Source: Halichondria panicea (lineage: Eukaryota). Taken from it: a DNA stretch of 64,000 bases. The DNA is taken from positions 142,022-206,021 of the forward strand of contig NC_087392.1 in the NCBI RefSeq assembly GCF_963675165.1, in the 5' to 3' direction. Of the stretch, positions 1 to 10,951 are shown piece after piece. Made by a program: the position numbers and the translations under genes. Every line of letters starts with the position of its first letter. Positions within the stretch are counted from its first letter, which is position 1. Below the pieces are notes generated by a model. That model ran no database searches, was not told the DNA's origin, and saw only the letters and a program-made list of their open reading frames with translations.

Positions 1-1
1 T

Positions 2-2398
2 TTGTCTAAACAGAAGAGCAAATCCGTGAGCTCTGAAAGTGAGAATGGAGTTAGAACACCTCCGCCGGTTGCAACGCGAGTTAGTAGCCTCCCAAGAAAC
101 AGTAGCCTGACTGATAGCGATCAAGACTCGGCCCCAAACACTCCTAGATTAACAAGACGACCGTCTAGAGTTGCCCCTCCTCCTCCGATACGGAACAGCT
201 CACCCCCTGTACCAGTTAGAGCTGCTCCTCCCCCTCCTATGCAACCATTGTCTGAGCTAACTCCTTCAAAACCAAAACCACTGTCACCACCTCCCCCTTC
301 AATAGACGAGACCAGTGAAGTGGACCCTGTACCCAAGCGTAGGCTGGACCAAATTAGAGAAAAGATAAGCAAGAGCAAGAGGAACGGTTACGAGACCAAT
401 CAGATAAAAGACAAACCAGAAACTATTGTGAACGAGAACATTTCAACCCAGTTAAAGGAACCACTTAACGAGGAGAAAATTCGCAGAGAAAGCTATCAAA
501 AAACTCGGATCAAGTCAGCCTCCGTAGATCCTATCTCCTCTGTAACTCCTCCAATTGTACGGAAGAAATACACCAAGCACATATTAAAGTCACAGAGCGA
601 GGACCCTGGTCCCACTCCACCTCCGCCTGTGAAACAGTACCTGGCTCGCATCAATGTTGACCAACCAACGTGTGTCTCCCCACCTCCGCCACCTCTCCCA
701 CCCAGACCAATGGAGGATGAGGCTCCCCAGTTTCCACTTCTCCCACCTAGACCAATGGAGGAGGATGCTCCCCAGTTGCCACCTCTCCCACCCAGACCAA
801 TGGATTTATTAGATGATGAGGCTCCCCAGTTGCCACCACGTACTGAAGAAATGATGGTCATTGAAGAAGACAACAAATCAAAGCCAAAGGGCCCTAAGAA
901 GAACTATACCAATGTTGATATCACCACTGATCGTGCGGACTCTAATATTACCAGCCCTATCGGTGCTGGAATACTCAAAAATATACGATTTCGATTGAAT
1001 CGAAAAGAGAAGTCTCCCTCAACAGACTCTGAGCCACTTACCTCCCCCGCTCACAAAACTTCTCCTTCTCGTAAGCCACTGTTAGGGCCTCTCCCCCCAC
1101 CACCCCCTTCATCCCGAGAGCTACCCCCCATCCCAACCACCCCCCAGGCCCAGTTTGTGGTGATGAAGAATCGACCCCTTCCACAAGAACCATTCCCGAA
1201 AGCTGATAACTATGACGACGATGAGGGTCACGACTACGAAATATTTGATTTCAACGATGATATGCAACCAGTGCTTGTGAAGCCACAATTGTCACTTGAT
1301 GCTGGTGTTGTACATTCAACAAGAGGCAACAAAGAGCAATGGTCGATCCCAGCACCTCCAAATCAGAGGATAGACGTTACTCAGTCGTTGAATATCAATA
1401 CCACCTCATCACTTATTAAGAAGTCAAAAACTTTCAATGGCAATGATAGACAACGTACGACAGCTACTTCCAAACAGTTCAATGTTCCCAAAGGTGTGTG
1501 GCCGATGTATGTTGATGGTTACGTGAACACTGAACATCCACCATCAGGATTTGAGGTACAACAGAGTCTCTCCGCTGCCATACAATCAAGGCATCTACCG
1601 CCCACACCCTTCGAGCAGCTGTCTGGAACAGACCAGACCTCAAAAACAAAAGAAACTCTGGACTATGACTATCCTTTCTGCAGAACTCTGCCATTACGAG
1701 GAAAGAGTGGCACAAGCTGGGGTCCGCTGAGTCCAGCGATAGGTAGTCAGATTCCTGTCCCACCTCGATTCCCCCGCCCACACACAACACAGGACCCTGG
1801 TGATGATGAAGATGCTGATGACTACATTCATATGCAAACTCAGTTCGGCAACATCGAGGGCAGTTACGTCAATTCCGAGTCATTGGAGAAAGTTCTTGCC
1901 CAGATTCAACCTGAAAATATCACAGCTGAAAACCCACTGAGCCAGTACTCTCGCGATGACATGTACATGAATCTCCCCGGCGATAGTCACAGCATGTCTC
2001 TACCCCTCATGCAGCATGGAGCCTCCACTGTGAAGAAGGGACCATCCGTGTTACCGAAACGTACTCGAGCTGCTTCTAACGTGGGTCCCACTCCACTGGT
2101 GGGGGAGCAGCGTCCCAGCTGGCCATCCAATTTGGAACCACCTGCTGAGGAAAGTGTCTTAGAAGAAGATGGTCAACTTTATGTGAACGTCAACGATAGC
2201 CTCCCCTTGTCAGAGAATGTGTTTGAAGGAGATGGTGAACTTTATGTGAATGTCAATGATAGCCTACCCCAGTCCCTCTTTCAACAAATTGGCCGAGGGT
2301 TGGTGTCACCTCCTCGCAGCAAGCAGCCAGTGAATACACCAACTATTAGCCTGCCGCCACGAAATATCAAGCGAGCAACCAAAGACAACAGTAGTTAA
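2..2398 (+). CDS. Partial CDS (window opens mid-ORF): C-terminal 798 aa of a proline-rich docking/scaffold protein. It carries many PxxP SH3-ligand motifs, three tandem ~16-aa APQLPPLPPRPM repeats, two YxxM motifs (YIHM, YMNL), two YVNV motifs (Grb2-SH2 consensus) and an EIFDF motif. Stop at 2396-2398.
   Basis: Continuous 2.4 kb ORF open to the window edge. Motif content matches Gab/Dos/IRS-type docking proteins; the family assignment is inference. Confidence 0.55.
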   Translation: MSKQKSKSVSSESENGVRTPPPVATRVSSLPRNSSLTDSDQDSAPNTPRLTRRPSRVAPPPPIRNSSPPVPVRAAPPPPMQPLSELTPSKPKPLSPPPPSIDETSEVDPVPKRRLDQIREKISKSKRNGYETNQIKDKPETIVNENISTQLKEPLNEEKIRRESYQKTRIKSASVDPISSVTPPIVRKKYTKHILKSQSEDPGPTPPPPVKQYLARINVDQPTCVSPPPPPLPPRPMEDEAPQFPLLPPRPMEEDAPQLPPLPPRPMDLLDDEAPQLPPRTEEMMVIEEDNKSKPKGPKKNYTNVDITTDRADSNITSPIGAGILKNIRFRLNRKEKSPSTDSEPLTSPAHKTSPSRKPLLGPLPPPPPSSRELPPIPTTPQAQFVVMKNRPLPQEPFPKADNYDDDEGHDYEIFDFNDDMQPVLVKPQLSLDAGVVHSTRGNKEQWSIPAPPNQRIDVTQSLNINTTSSLIKKSKTFNGNDRQRTTATSKQFNVPKGVWPMYVDGYVNTEHPPSGFEVQQSLSAAIQSRHLPPTPFEQLSGTDQTSKTKETLDYDYPFCRTLPLRGKSGTSWGPLSPAIGSQIPVPPRFPRPHTTQDPGDDEDADDYIHMQTQFGNIEGSYVNSESLEKVLAQIQPENITAENPLSQYSRDDMYMNLPGDSHSMSLPLMQHGASTVKKGPSVLPKRTRAASNVGPTPLVGEQRPSWPSNLEPPAEESVLEEDGQLYVNVNDSLPLSENVFEGDGELYVNVNDSLPQSLFQQIGRGLVSPPRSKQPVNTPTISLPPRNIKRATKDNSS

Positions 2399-2796
2399 AG
2401 ACATTTTATTTATTTTTTATAATGTGTGTGTGTTTTGTAGACAGGATATGTAATATCATTGCTGTTCATTTTGTTGTCAATTTATTACTGTGATCAAATG
2501 TTGTTTCTTGTGCTGATGATCTATTGCCATTTGAGAATGAAGTCACTGAGACATGTAAGCATCAGTAGTATAGTACAGTGTTGTATATAAATGCGGCAAA
2601 GAATTTCCCCCATATACTCCTTCAAGCCATAACATTGTGTGATATTGTAGCTAGCTAGTGTGTTATTTAGTATGCTGTGACAGTGCATGGAGGTCTTAAG
2701 CTTGTTGCTATAGACTATACCCATTTAATATTAACATTCCTGGTTAATTGGTACTTGCTACTAGAGTCATAATACCTGCCTCCCCCCCCTCTGCAG

Positions 2797-2937
2797 TTCA
2801 TTACACGACAGCAGGCCCTGTGTTTGTACCGAGAGCTCCTGAGAGCGACTGGACGACTGAAGGAGGGTGGTCAAAGAGCCGAGACTAGAGCTCATATTAG
2901 GGCGGAGTTTGAGCAATGGAGAAACGTGACAGATGAG
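2797..2937 (+). CDS. LYR-motif protein (LYRM2-like), internal exon encoding FITRQQALCLYRELLRATGRLKEGGQRAETRAHIRAEFEQWRNVTDE. Acceptor cag at 2794-2796, donor gtgaaa at 2938.
   Basis: LYR-family signature (RQQ.L.LYR..LR, F-x-R) with GT-AG boundaries, in frame with the ORF-track ORF 2824-3189. Confidence 0.5.
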
Positions 2938-2986
2938 GTGAAATGTTTAGCAAAGCCAGTGTTGAATAACGTTGTTGTTTGCACAG

Positions 2987-3064
2987 GACGTTGTGAAGTT
3001 GTTGTTGACTCAAGGAAGGCAAAGTCTGAGAGAACTGCAGTCAAGTATAGCTATGTCAAATTGA
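2987..3064 (+). CDS. LYRM2-like terminal exon DVVKLLLTQGRQSLRELQSSIAMSN*, stop TGA at 3062-3064. A candidate 6-codon first exon lies at 2537-2554 (MKSLRH, donor gtaagc).
   Basis: Aligns to the LYRM2 C-terminus (D.I.MM.TQG..QLKELE). Acceptor gcacag at 2981-2986. The first exon is speculative. Confidence 0.45.
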   Translation, partial: DVVKLLLTQGRQSLRELQSSIAMSN

Positions 3065-3324
3065 AACTCATTATTTTTATATGGAATTTGTGCATTGTAG
3101 GTGTAATCATAGATCTATGGTGTATTTGCCAAGTTGGCAACGTCGGGAGAACTACAATCAAGTATAGCTACGCCAAATTGAATTCATAGATGTAGTAGCA
3201 TTGTATGACAACAATATCAGAACAGGCTAGTGTTGCAAATGAGTCAACATAATGAACAGAGATACATGATTGTACAGACATTGAAAGTTTGCCTACAGTA
3301 ATAACACAGGGTTCTGGAACCACT

Positions 3325-4601
3325 TCAGCCTACAACAATAGAGTCAATACTGAACTGAAGACGACTGCAAGTAACTAGCTCTTTAAGTTCAACAAATTGT
3401 GGTAGGCCTTGACCAAACTCGTTCATAGTCCCGCTAGTCACTTGCTTAGTAGTAGATACTTGTGTCGTGAACTCCAGTTGTTTCTGGAAAGTCTTTTTTG
3501 GGCCCACAATCAGACTAACGTGTACAGTTCCTTTAAAGGCCCATGAAAGCATTTCATCATTATCACCACGCATGATATGTACAAATACAGAGAGATGTGT
3601 AGTAGCACCTTGCCAGTACCATTAGGATACACACAGAGGCACAGCTTGTATCCATCAGGGTGAGATAGGAAGGAATGACTGAACCAACGATCTTTAGACA
3701 CGTAGCATTGAAACTCTGGCATATACACGACCACTGGGAGAGTAGAGACTTGTTGTTGTTGAGATTTCAGATCACTAATCTCTCGGCCTTGATTCTTGAT
3801 AGTTGCTTGAAGTAACACGATTTGTTCATCTCTTTTGGCCAGCTCTGTCATGAAGGCACTAGCAACTAATGACAAATGGCGGGAGACTTCTTGTTGGCCG
3901 TGACTAGCTGCATCCTTTCGATAGCTCATATTCAAACAGCTGGCAAATTTGTACTGACAAGCAACACTTTGCAATGGACAGGAGTTCAAGTGCTTCTTCA
4001 CATTTTTCCGCATAATATTAGCTCTGCACTTGTTTGGACAAGGAACTTTCAATGCTGGACACATTGTACGATGACTTCCTGTTATAGTTTGCCAAGCATC
4101 TACTTCACCACAGGCTTTACATGCGAACGGTCGTCTTGGACATCTTGTTAGGTGGTCGGGAGTGTTAACTCGAAGAATATTCTGATTGCAATGAGGACAA
4201 AGAACTCTACCAAAGTTACACTCTGCACTGAGATGGTTCTCAACATGCTTCAGCTGTCCGGACCAACTGCAACCTTTGCCTTTATTCTGGCAGTGCATCT
4301 TCAGCTCCCCTACTTCTCGACGTAGACTCTTGTTCAACATTGACGTAAACCTCTTATCTTGGCAGATAGGGCAAGGTTTATTCCTTGTCTTGATTGGGTG
4401 AATACAATTTGCACAAAAGTGATTTCCACAGCAGCTTGTTAGGTGGGGATCACGAAGTACAGACAAGCATATGCTGCATTTGAGGTTTTCAGAAGGCTCT
4501 GCTAGGAACTGGTAGTCATGACCCCCTGTGGAGGACACTATGGAGTTGCTTGAGCTTGAATCTACAGTGTACTCAGACCAGTTGGAATCTTGCGACGACA
4601 T
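3325..4601 (-). CDS. TRAF4: TRAF family adaptor (TRAF4-like): RING finger, TRAF-type zinc fingers, coiled coil and C-terminal MATH domain. The two ORF-track ORFs (3510-4601 and 3325-3573) are in different frames and overlap, so there is a 1-nt frameshift near 3603-3612.
   Basis: N-terminal HDYQFLAEP (as TRAF4 DYKFLEKP), C3HC4 RING CSICLSVL...CPIC, TRAF zinc fingers, and MATH motifs GYKLCLCVYPNGTG ... THLSVFVHIMRGDNDEMLSWAFKGTVHVSLI. Confidence 0.75.
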
Positions 4602-4802
4602 GGTGAACTCTTTCTGTATAATTCAGTATAATTAGTACATCAGTGTTTACATGGCAGTTCATGAATTCTTTCAAGTGCAGGGAAAGTGGGAGGGGCACAG
4701 GTTGTGAGTGGGTAACATTCACGTGACTTTACAGTACACCAAGTAAAGGAACTACTTCTTCTAGCTATCTCACTACCTGTGCTTGTGTGGAGGTGTGGAC
4801 AG
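4602..4802. promoter_or_regulatory. About 200-bp divergent intergenic region between the TRAF4-like start (4601, -) and the AP1G start (4803, +); presumed bidirectional promoter.
   Basis: Head-to-head start codons 201 bp apart. No motif verified. Confidence 0.35.
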
Positions 4803-6350
4803 ATGCCTGCTAATCTGAAAGTGCGTGATTTGATACGTGCCATCCGCGCCTGCAAGACAGCTCAGGACGAGAGAGACTTGGTCAATAAGGAGTGTGCCTC
4901 TATTAGAACCTCCTTCAAGGGTGAAGACAGTGATGCCAGGGCCAGAGATGTGGCTAAACTCCTCTATATACACATGATGGGATATCCCTCACACTTTGGG
5001 CAGGTACGAAGCGCCCCAAACACACACCACATACCGGACATTCTATATAAATGTATCATTGTATGTTTGTGCTCAGATGGAGTGTATAAAGCTGATAGCG
5101 TCTCCACGGTTCTCTGACAAGAGGGTAGGGTATCTGGGGGCCATGCTGCTACTGGACGAGAGGCAAGATGTGCACCTGCTCATAACCAACTCCATGAAGA
5201 AGTAAGCTATTGGTGTGAGTGAGTGTACAGAGGCTTACTGCCCACACACACACACACAGTGACATGCATCACCAGGTCCAGTACGTTGTAGGGCTCTCTC
5301 TGTGCGTGCTTGGAAGGTGAGTACTGAGAGTAGCTTCCTGCCCCTCACCATACATCCTTATAGCCTTATATAGCATTCGTCATAGTCCTTAATGGTTCAT
5401 ATGTCTTGCTCTGTGTGTGCAGTATCTGCTCTGAGGGAATGAGCCGGGACTTGTCAGGGGAGGTGGAGAAATTGCTCAAATCCTCAAACCCCTACATCGT
5501 CAGAAAGGTTTGTAATGCAGTCATAACTCACTCGTAGTGTTTTGTAACTATAGCGTTAAGGTTAGGTTGTTGTGTATAGGCCGTTTATGTAATAGCAGAG
5601 CTAATTGTATATTATCAGAGTTCTGATGGTCCAAATTCAATGATTTTATGATTTTCTGAAAGCTTAGAAGGAGCTCTATCAGATGGTATGCTCAAATCCC
5701 AAATTTGAAACGGACCATAATTTCCCATTTTCGGAAAAATACCATAGCCCATGGTATTTTGTCAAAAACAGGCCAAAAATAGACTTTTGATTTTAACACA
5801 TTATCTGAAAGGCCTCTCTCTAAGCTTTCAGAAAAACATATAATTAGGTTACTGGACCAGTGGAACAAAGGCTATGGCCGTTCAAAGATGCTCTATTGAC
5901 TCTATTAAATAGTGTATGCTGTATGCCTAATAATGGATTATGGTATGTTATGATGATGCCCCGCCCCCCAGGCTGCGTTGTGTGCTGCCCGCATTGTCAA
6001 CAAGGTGCCTGATCTAATGGAGGTCTATGTGCCCACCACCCGACAGCTGCTCAATGAGAAGAACCATGGCGTCCTCATAACAGGAGTCTGTCTTGTCACA
6101 GAGATGTGCTCCGTCAATCCTGACTCTCTTACTCACTTCAGGAGGGTGGGTCTCTTAGCAACCATAGCCACGTACAGTTACTGTTAGGATGTACTGAACA
6201 TGTGGTAGGGTCAAATTGATGTGATGGGATTTTGGGATTTTTTCCCGTACAGTTTGTCCCAAATCTTGTGAGAATTTTGAAGAATCTGATAATGTCAGGT
6301 TACTCTCCTGAGCACGATATCCATGGAGTGTGCGACCCCTTCCTTCAGGT

Positions 6351-6440
<90 letters not shown>

Positions 6441-9400
6441 CACTGTTGACTGTACACAACTCTGAGTTACAATCTTCTAATTTCCAATCTAAAATTTGTG
6501 TTCTAAAGTTTGGGAAATGTTTTATAATCTGACCTCTTCCTCTCACTACCTTCAGATCCGAATCCTTCGTCTGCTGCGGCTCTTGGGTAGAGGAGACATG
6601 GACTCCAGTGAAGCAATGAATGACATACTCGCACAGGTGGGTGTGGCCACATGTACATGTATTATTGGCTAGGCTAGTGTTGATATTATGCCTCAGGGCG
6701 TTATACGTTAATAAAAGCTGTTTGTGTGTGGGATAATTGACCAATATTGACCCCACCCCCTCATAGGTGGCTACCAATACCGACTCTAATAAGAATGTTG
6801 GTCATGCCATCTTGTATGAGACTGTGCTCACCATCATGGAGATCAAGAGTGAGAGTGGCCTCAGAGTGCTCGCAGTCAACATACTCGGCAGGTTCCTCTC
6901 AAGCACTGACAAGAACGTCAGGTGAGCCCCGGGGAAGTTGTATCATGTATAAGCCCCGGGGAAGCTGTATCATGTATAAGCCCAGGGGAGCTCTATCATG
7001 TATAAGCCCGTGGAGTGTAATGTCCACGTGCTGTGTGTACGTGTGTGTATCCCCCATACATCACTATCTCCACTTGTAGGTACGTGGCTCTGAACACACT
7101 ACTCAAGACGGTGGCTGTGGACTACAACGCTGTACAGAGGCACAGGACCACCATCTTAGACTGTCTCAAAGAGAACGATATCTCCATTCGTCGAAGAGCC
7201 TTAGAGCTCTCGTTTGCACTTATTAGTGAGAATAACATCCGCTCTGTGATGAAGGAGTTGCTGGCTTTCCTGGACACGTGTGAGACAGAGTTCAAGTCCT
7301 TCATTGCCTCCAAAGTGCTCAGCGCAGCAGAGAGGTGTGAGCATTTAGTAGTGCTAATAGCTTTAATGGGTATTCGAAAAGCATTACATCAATAGTGTTT
7401 GAATAGTATTACATTTCCTGTGATTGTCGGTCAAAGCATTGATAATCATTTTGAGCTTACAACCATGTAGGCTAGAATCAAGTTGGGGCACCCAACTTAC
7501 CCTTTTTAGGATCTGTCTTTACTCAGATCTGCACTAGAATTATTCAGAATCATAACGCTAAATTTAATTTCCCCTTTCAGTTTGGCCCTGATACGATAAT
7601 TATATGAATATCTGGCTATCTAATTGTGGCTTTACAATTGCTCTCCACAGACACTCCCCCAGCAAGCAGTGGCACATGGACACCATCCTCACCATTCTTA
7701 TCAAGGTACACTAGCTGGTACATGAAGATGGCTGCTACGCAGAACTTAACCTACTGTAACCCTCCCTACAGTGTACCATGTATATAACCTACTGTAACCC
7801 TCCCTCCCTACAGTGTACCATGTACCGTATAGCGCGAAATTTTCGAGGCACTTATATTTCGTGGATTGGCCTCTAAAAACCATTTCGTTGCACAATGTTC
7901 GCGGAATAGCTGCTTACCGGAAGCCACGCCTTTAAATCTTTGCATGATAGCAGGTAATTCTAATTAAAGAACACTTTTTGTGGACTTAATTTTCGTGTAG
8001 AATTCTAACCCACGAAATCCGCGAAAATTAAGCCCCTCGAAAATTTCGCGCTATACGGTATATAACCTACTGTAACCCTCCCTCCCTACAGTGTACCATG
8101 TATATAACCTACTGTAACCCTCCCTCCCTACAGTGTACCATGTATATAACCTACTGTAACCCTCCCTCCCTACAGTGTACCATGTATATAACCTACTGTA
8201 ACCCTCCCTCCCTACAGTGTACCATGTATATAACCTACTGTAACCCTCCCTCCCTACAGTGTACCATGTATATAACCTACTGTAACCCTCCCTCCCTACA
8301 GTGTACCATGTATATAACCTACTGTAACCCTCCCTCCCTACAGTGTACCATGTATGTAACCTACTCTAACCCTCCCCCCTACAGTGTACCATGTATATAA
8401 CCTACTGTAACCCTCCCCCCTACAGTGTACCATGTATATAACCTACTGTAACCCTCCCTCCCTACAGTGTACCATGTATATAACCTACTGTAACCCTCCC
8501 TCCCTACAGTGTACCATGTATATAACCTACTGTAACCCTCCCTACAGTGTACCATGTATATAACCTACTGTAACCCTCCCTCCCTACAGTGTACCATGTA
8601 TATAACCTACTGTAACCCTCCCTCCCTACAGTGTACCATGTATATAACCTACTGTAACCCTCCCTCCCTACAGTGTACCATGTATATAACCTACTGTAAC
8701 CCTCCCTCCCTACAGTGTACCATGTATATAACCTACTGTAACCCTCCCTCCCTACAGTGTACCATGTATATAACCTACTGTAACCCTCCCCCCTACAGAC
8801 TGGAGAGTATATACGAGATGACCTGGTGTCCACCATCATAGCCATTGTGTCAGACAGTGCAGACATTCATGTGTACATAGTACAGCGCCTGTTCACAGCT
8901 CTGAGAGAGGACATCAGTCAACAGCCACTCACTCAGGTGGCACTCTGGTCACTAGGGGAATATGGAGACCTCATCATCACTGGTCAGATTGAGGGGGCGG
9001 AACCTCTGAACGTGAGTACTACATGTAGCTATTGTTAGAAATGCATTATTTGGTTGTTGTTTTGCCTTGCAAGTGTTATTCTAGTAGGGTCAATTTTTCT
9101 GCTGATTTGGCTCATTTGCAAATGGTTTTCACCAGCAAAATATTCTAGTAATACGATAAACGCCCTTGGTGGCATGTAGAATGGTGTTTGTTAACTAGTG
9201 CCCCCCCCCATGTTAACTAGTGCCCCCCCCGTTAACTAGTGCCCCCCCCCGTTAACTAGTGCCCCCCCCCCCATGTTAACTAGTGCCCCCCCCCATGTTA
9301 ACTAGTGCCCCCCCCCATGTTAACTAGTGCCCCCCCATGTTAACTAGTGCCCCCCCATGTTAACTAGTGCCCCCCCCCCGTGTTTGTTAACTAGTGCCCC

Positions 9401-9691
9401 CCCCCATGTCTGCAGGTGAATGAGGACGAGGTTCTGGACATAGTGGAGCAAGTGTTACAGAGCCCCCAGTCAAGTCAGTCCACACGAGAGTATGCCATCA
9501 ACGCTGTCATGAAGCTCAGTACTCGCTTCTCTGTCAGTCTGCCTCGTATCAAGGCCATCGTGAGTCGCTACACGGACCATCTGGACATGGAGCTACAGCA
9601 GAGAGCTGTCGAGTACTCGGCCATATTTGGGAAACACGATCAAATGAGGTGTGTGGATAGTTTGGCAATGTTCTCCTGTTAGTGGTACCAC

Positions 9692-9763
<72 letters not shown>

Positions 9764-10882
9764 CGTGTGTATGTGTGTGTGCATGTGTGCGTGCGTGCTG
9801 TGTGTGTGTGTGCGTGTGTATGTGTGTGTGCATGTGTGCGTGTGTGCGTGCGTGTTGTGTGTGTGTGTGTGTGTGTGTCACATGTCATACGCCCCCTCAT
9901 ATCATTTGTAGCTGGTAAAGGTAGTTAGTTATAGACACTTCATATTTGTACAATGTACTGACAGTACATACTCATGTATTATTACCTCACTAGGACTGGT
10001 CTGCTGGAGCGTATGCCAGTCATGAGCACCAAGGCTAGCTCCACGGCTGAGAATGCTGAGCTGCAGATTGGAGAGGGGGTGGGAGAACAGGAGACACAGC
10101 CACAGATCACCATGCCAACGGTTCGTCATCACAGAACATGTTCAGCAATGCTGTGGTTATAATTATGACATGTAACTCTCACAGTAATTATAGTGTTTAT
10201 AGTGTATGTCCATTCTGCAGGGTCAGCAGTCTGAGTTGTTGGATCTGCTGGGAGGGGACTCTATTGCCCCTCCCACCACCTCTCAGGCCCTGCCCACTTC
10301 ATCAGGTGGTGGTGCTCTCATGGACCTCCTGGGTCTGGATGTGGGACCAAGTGTTCCTCCTCCCTCATCCTCGGCTGGGCTGCTGGACCTACTGGGAGGT
10401 GCTCCTACCTCTGCCCCACCCCCTGCTCCCTTAGGTACTACTATGCTAACTATCAGTCATGTGCTCAGAAGTTTCAAAGTGTTGGCCTATTTTCAATCCA
10501 CAATTTTGTAGTAAACTACCTGCTTTATATAGGCACAGTGTTTTGTACACACACACACACACACACAATAAGAGTAGTATGTTCTATCTCCCAATCATGT
10601 CCATTGTTCCCTGTCAGGTGACATACCCAATATGACAGCATTTGAGAAGAATGGACTGAGGGTGGTGTTCACGTTCCAGCGTAGTCTCGACCCCACCACT
10701 CCAGCCGTGGTTGCCATCATCCTCAACGCTACTAACTCCACACCCACACCCTTGACTGACTTTGTCTTCCAGTGCGCTGTGCCAAAGGTCAGTCGGTGGT
10801 TGTGTGTACATTGATTAGTACATGTACATCGTGTCCAGTGTAATAGCATGTGTGCATGGCCTATGTTGACAGTGTCCCCCCC

Positions 10883-10951
<69 letters not shown>

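Noticed and set aside
121-876. Minus-strand ORFs 121-378 and 496-876 overlapping the proline-rich exon
   Set aside because: These are antisense read-through of a Pro-codon-rich (CCN) sequence, which gives Gly-rich stop-free frames. The sense ORF is continuous with clear motif content.
6155-6777. ORFs encoding poly-CV/poly-HT peptides (also 9549-9928, 10595-11066, 30611-31096, 31300-31636, 63295-63985)
   Set aside because: These are translations of (CA)n/(TG)n microsatellites in every frame, which is non-coding repeat artefact.
8098-8866. ORFs repeating [14 protein letters not shown] / [14 protein letters not shown]
   Set aside because: Translation of the 42-bp minisatellite on both strands; not an independent gene. 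The in-frame property is reported separately as a splicing observation.
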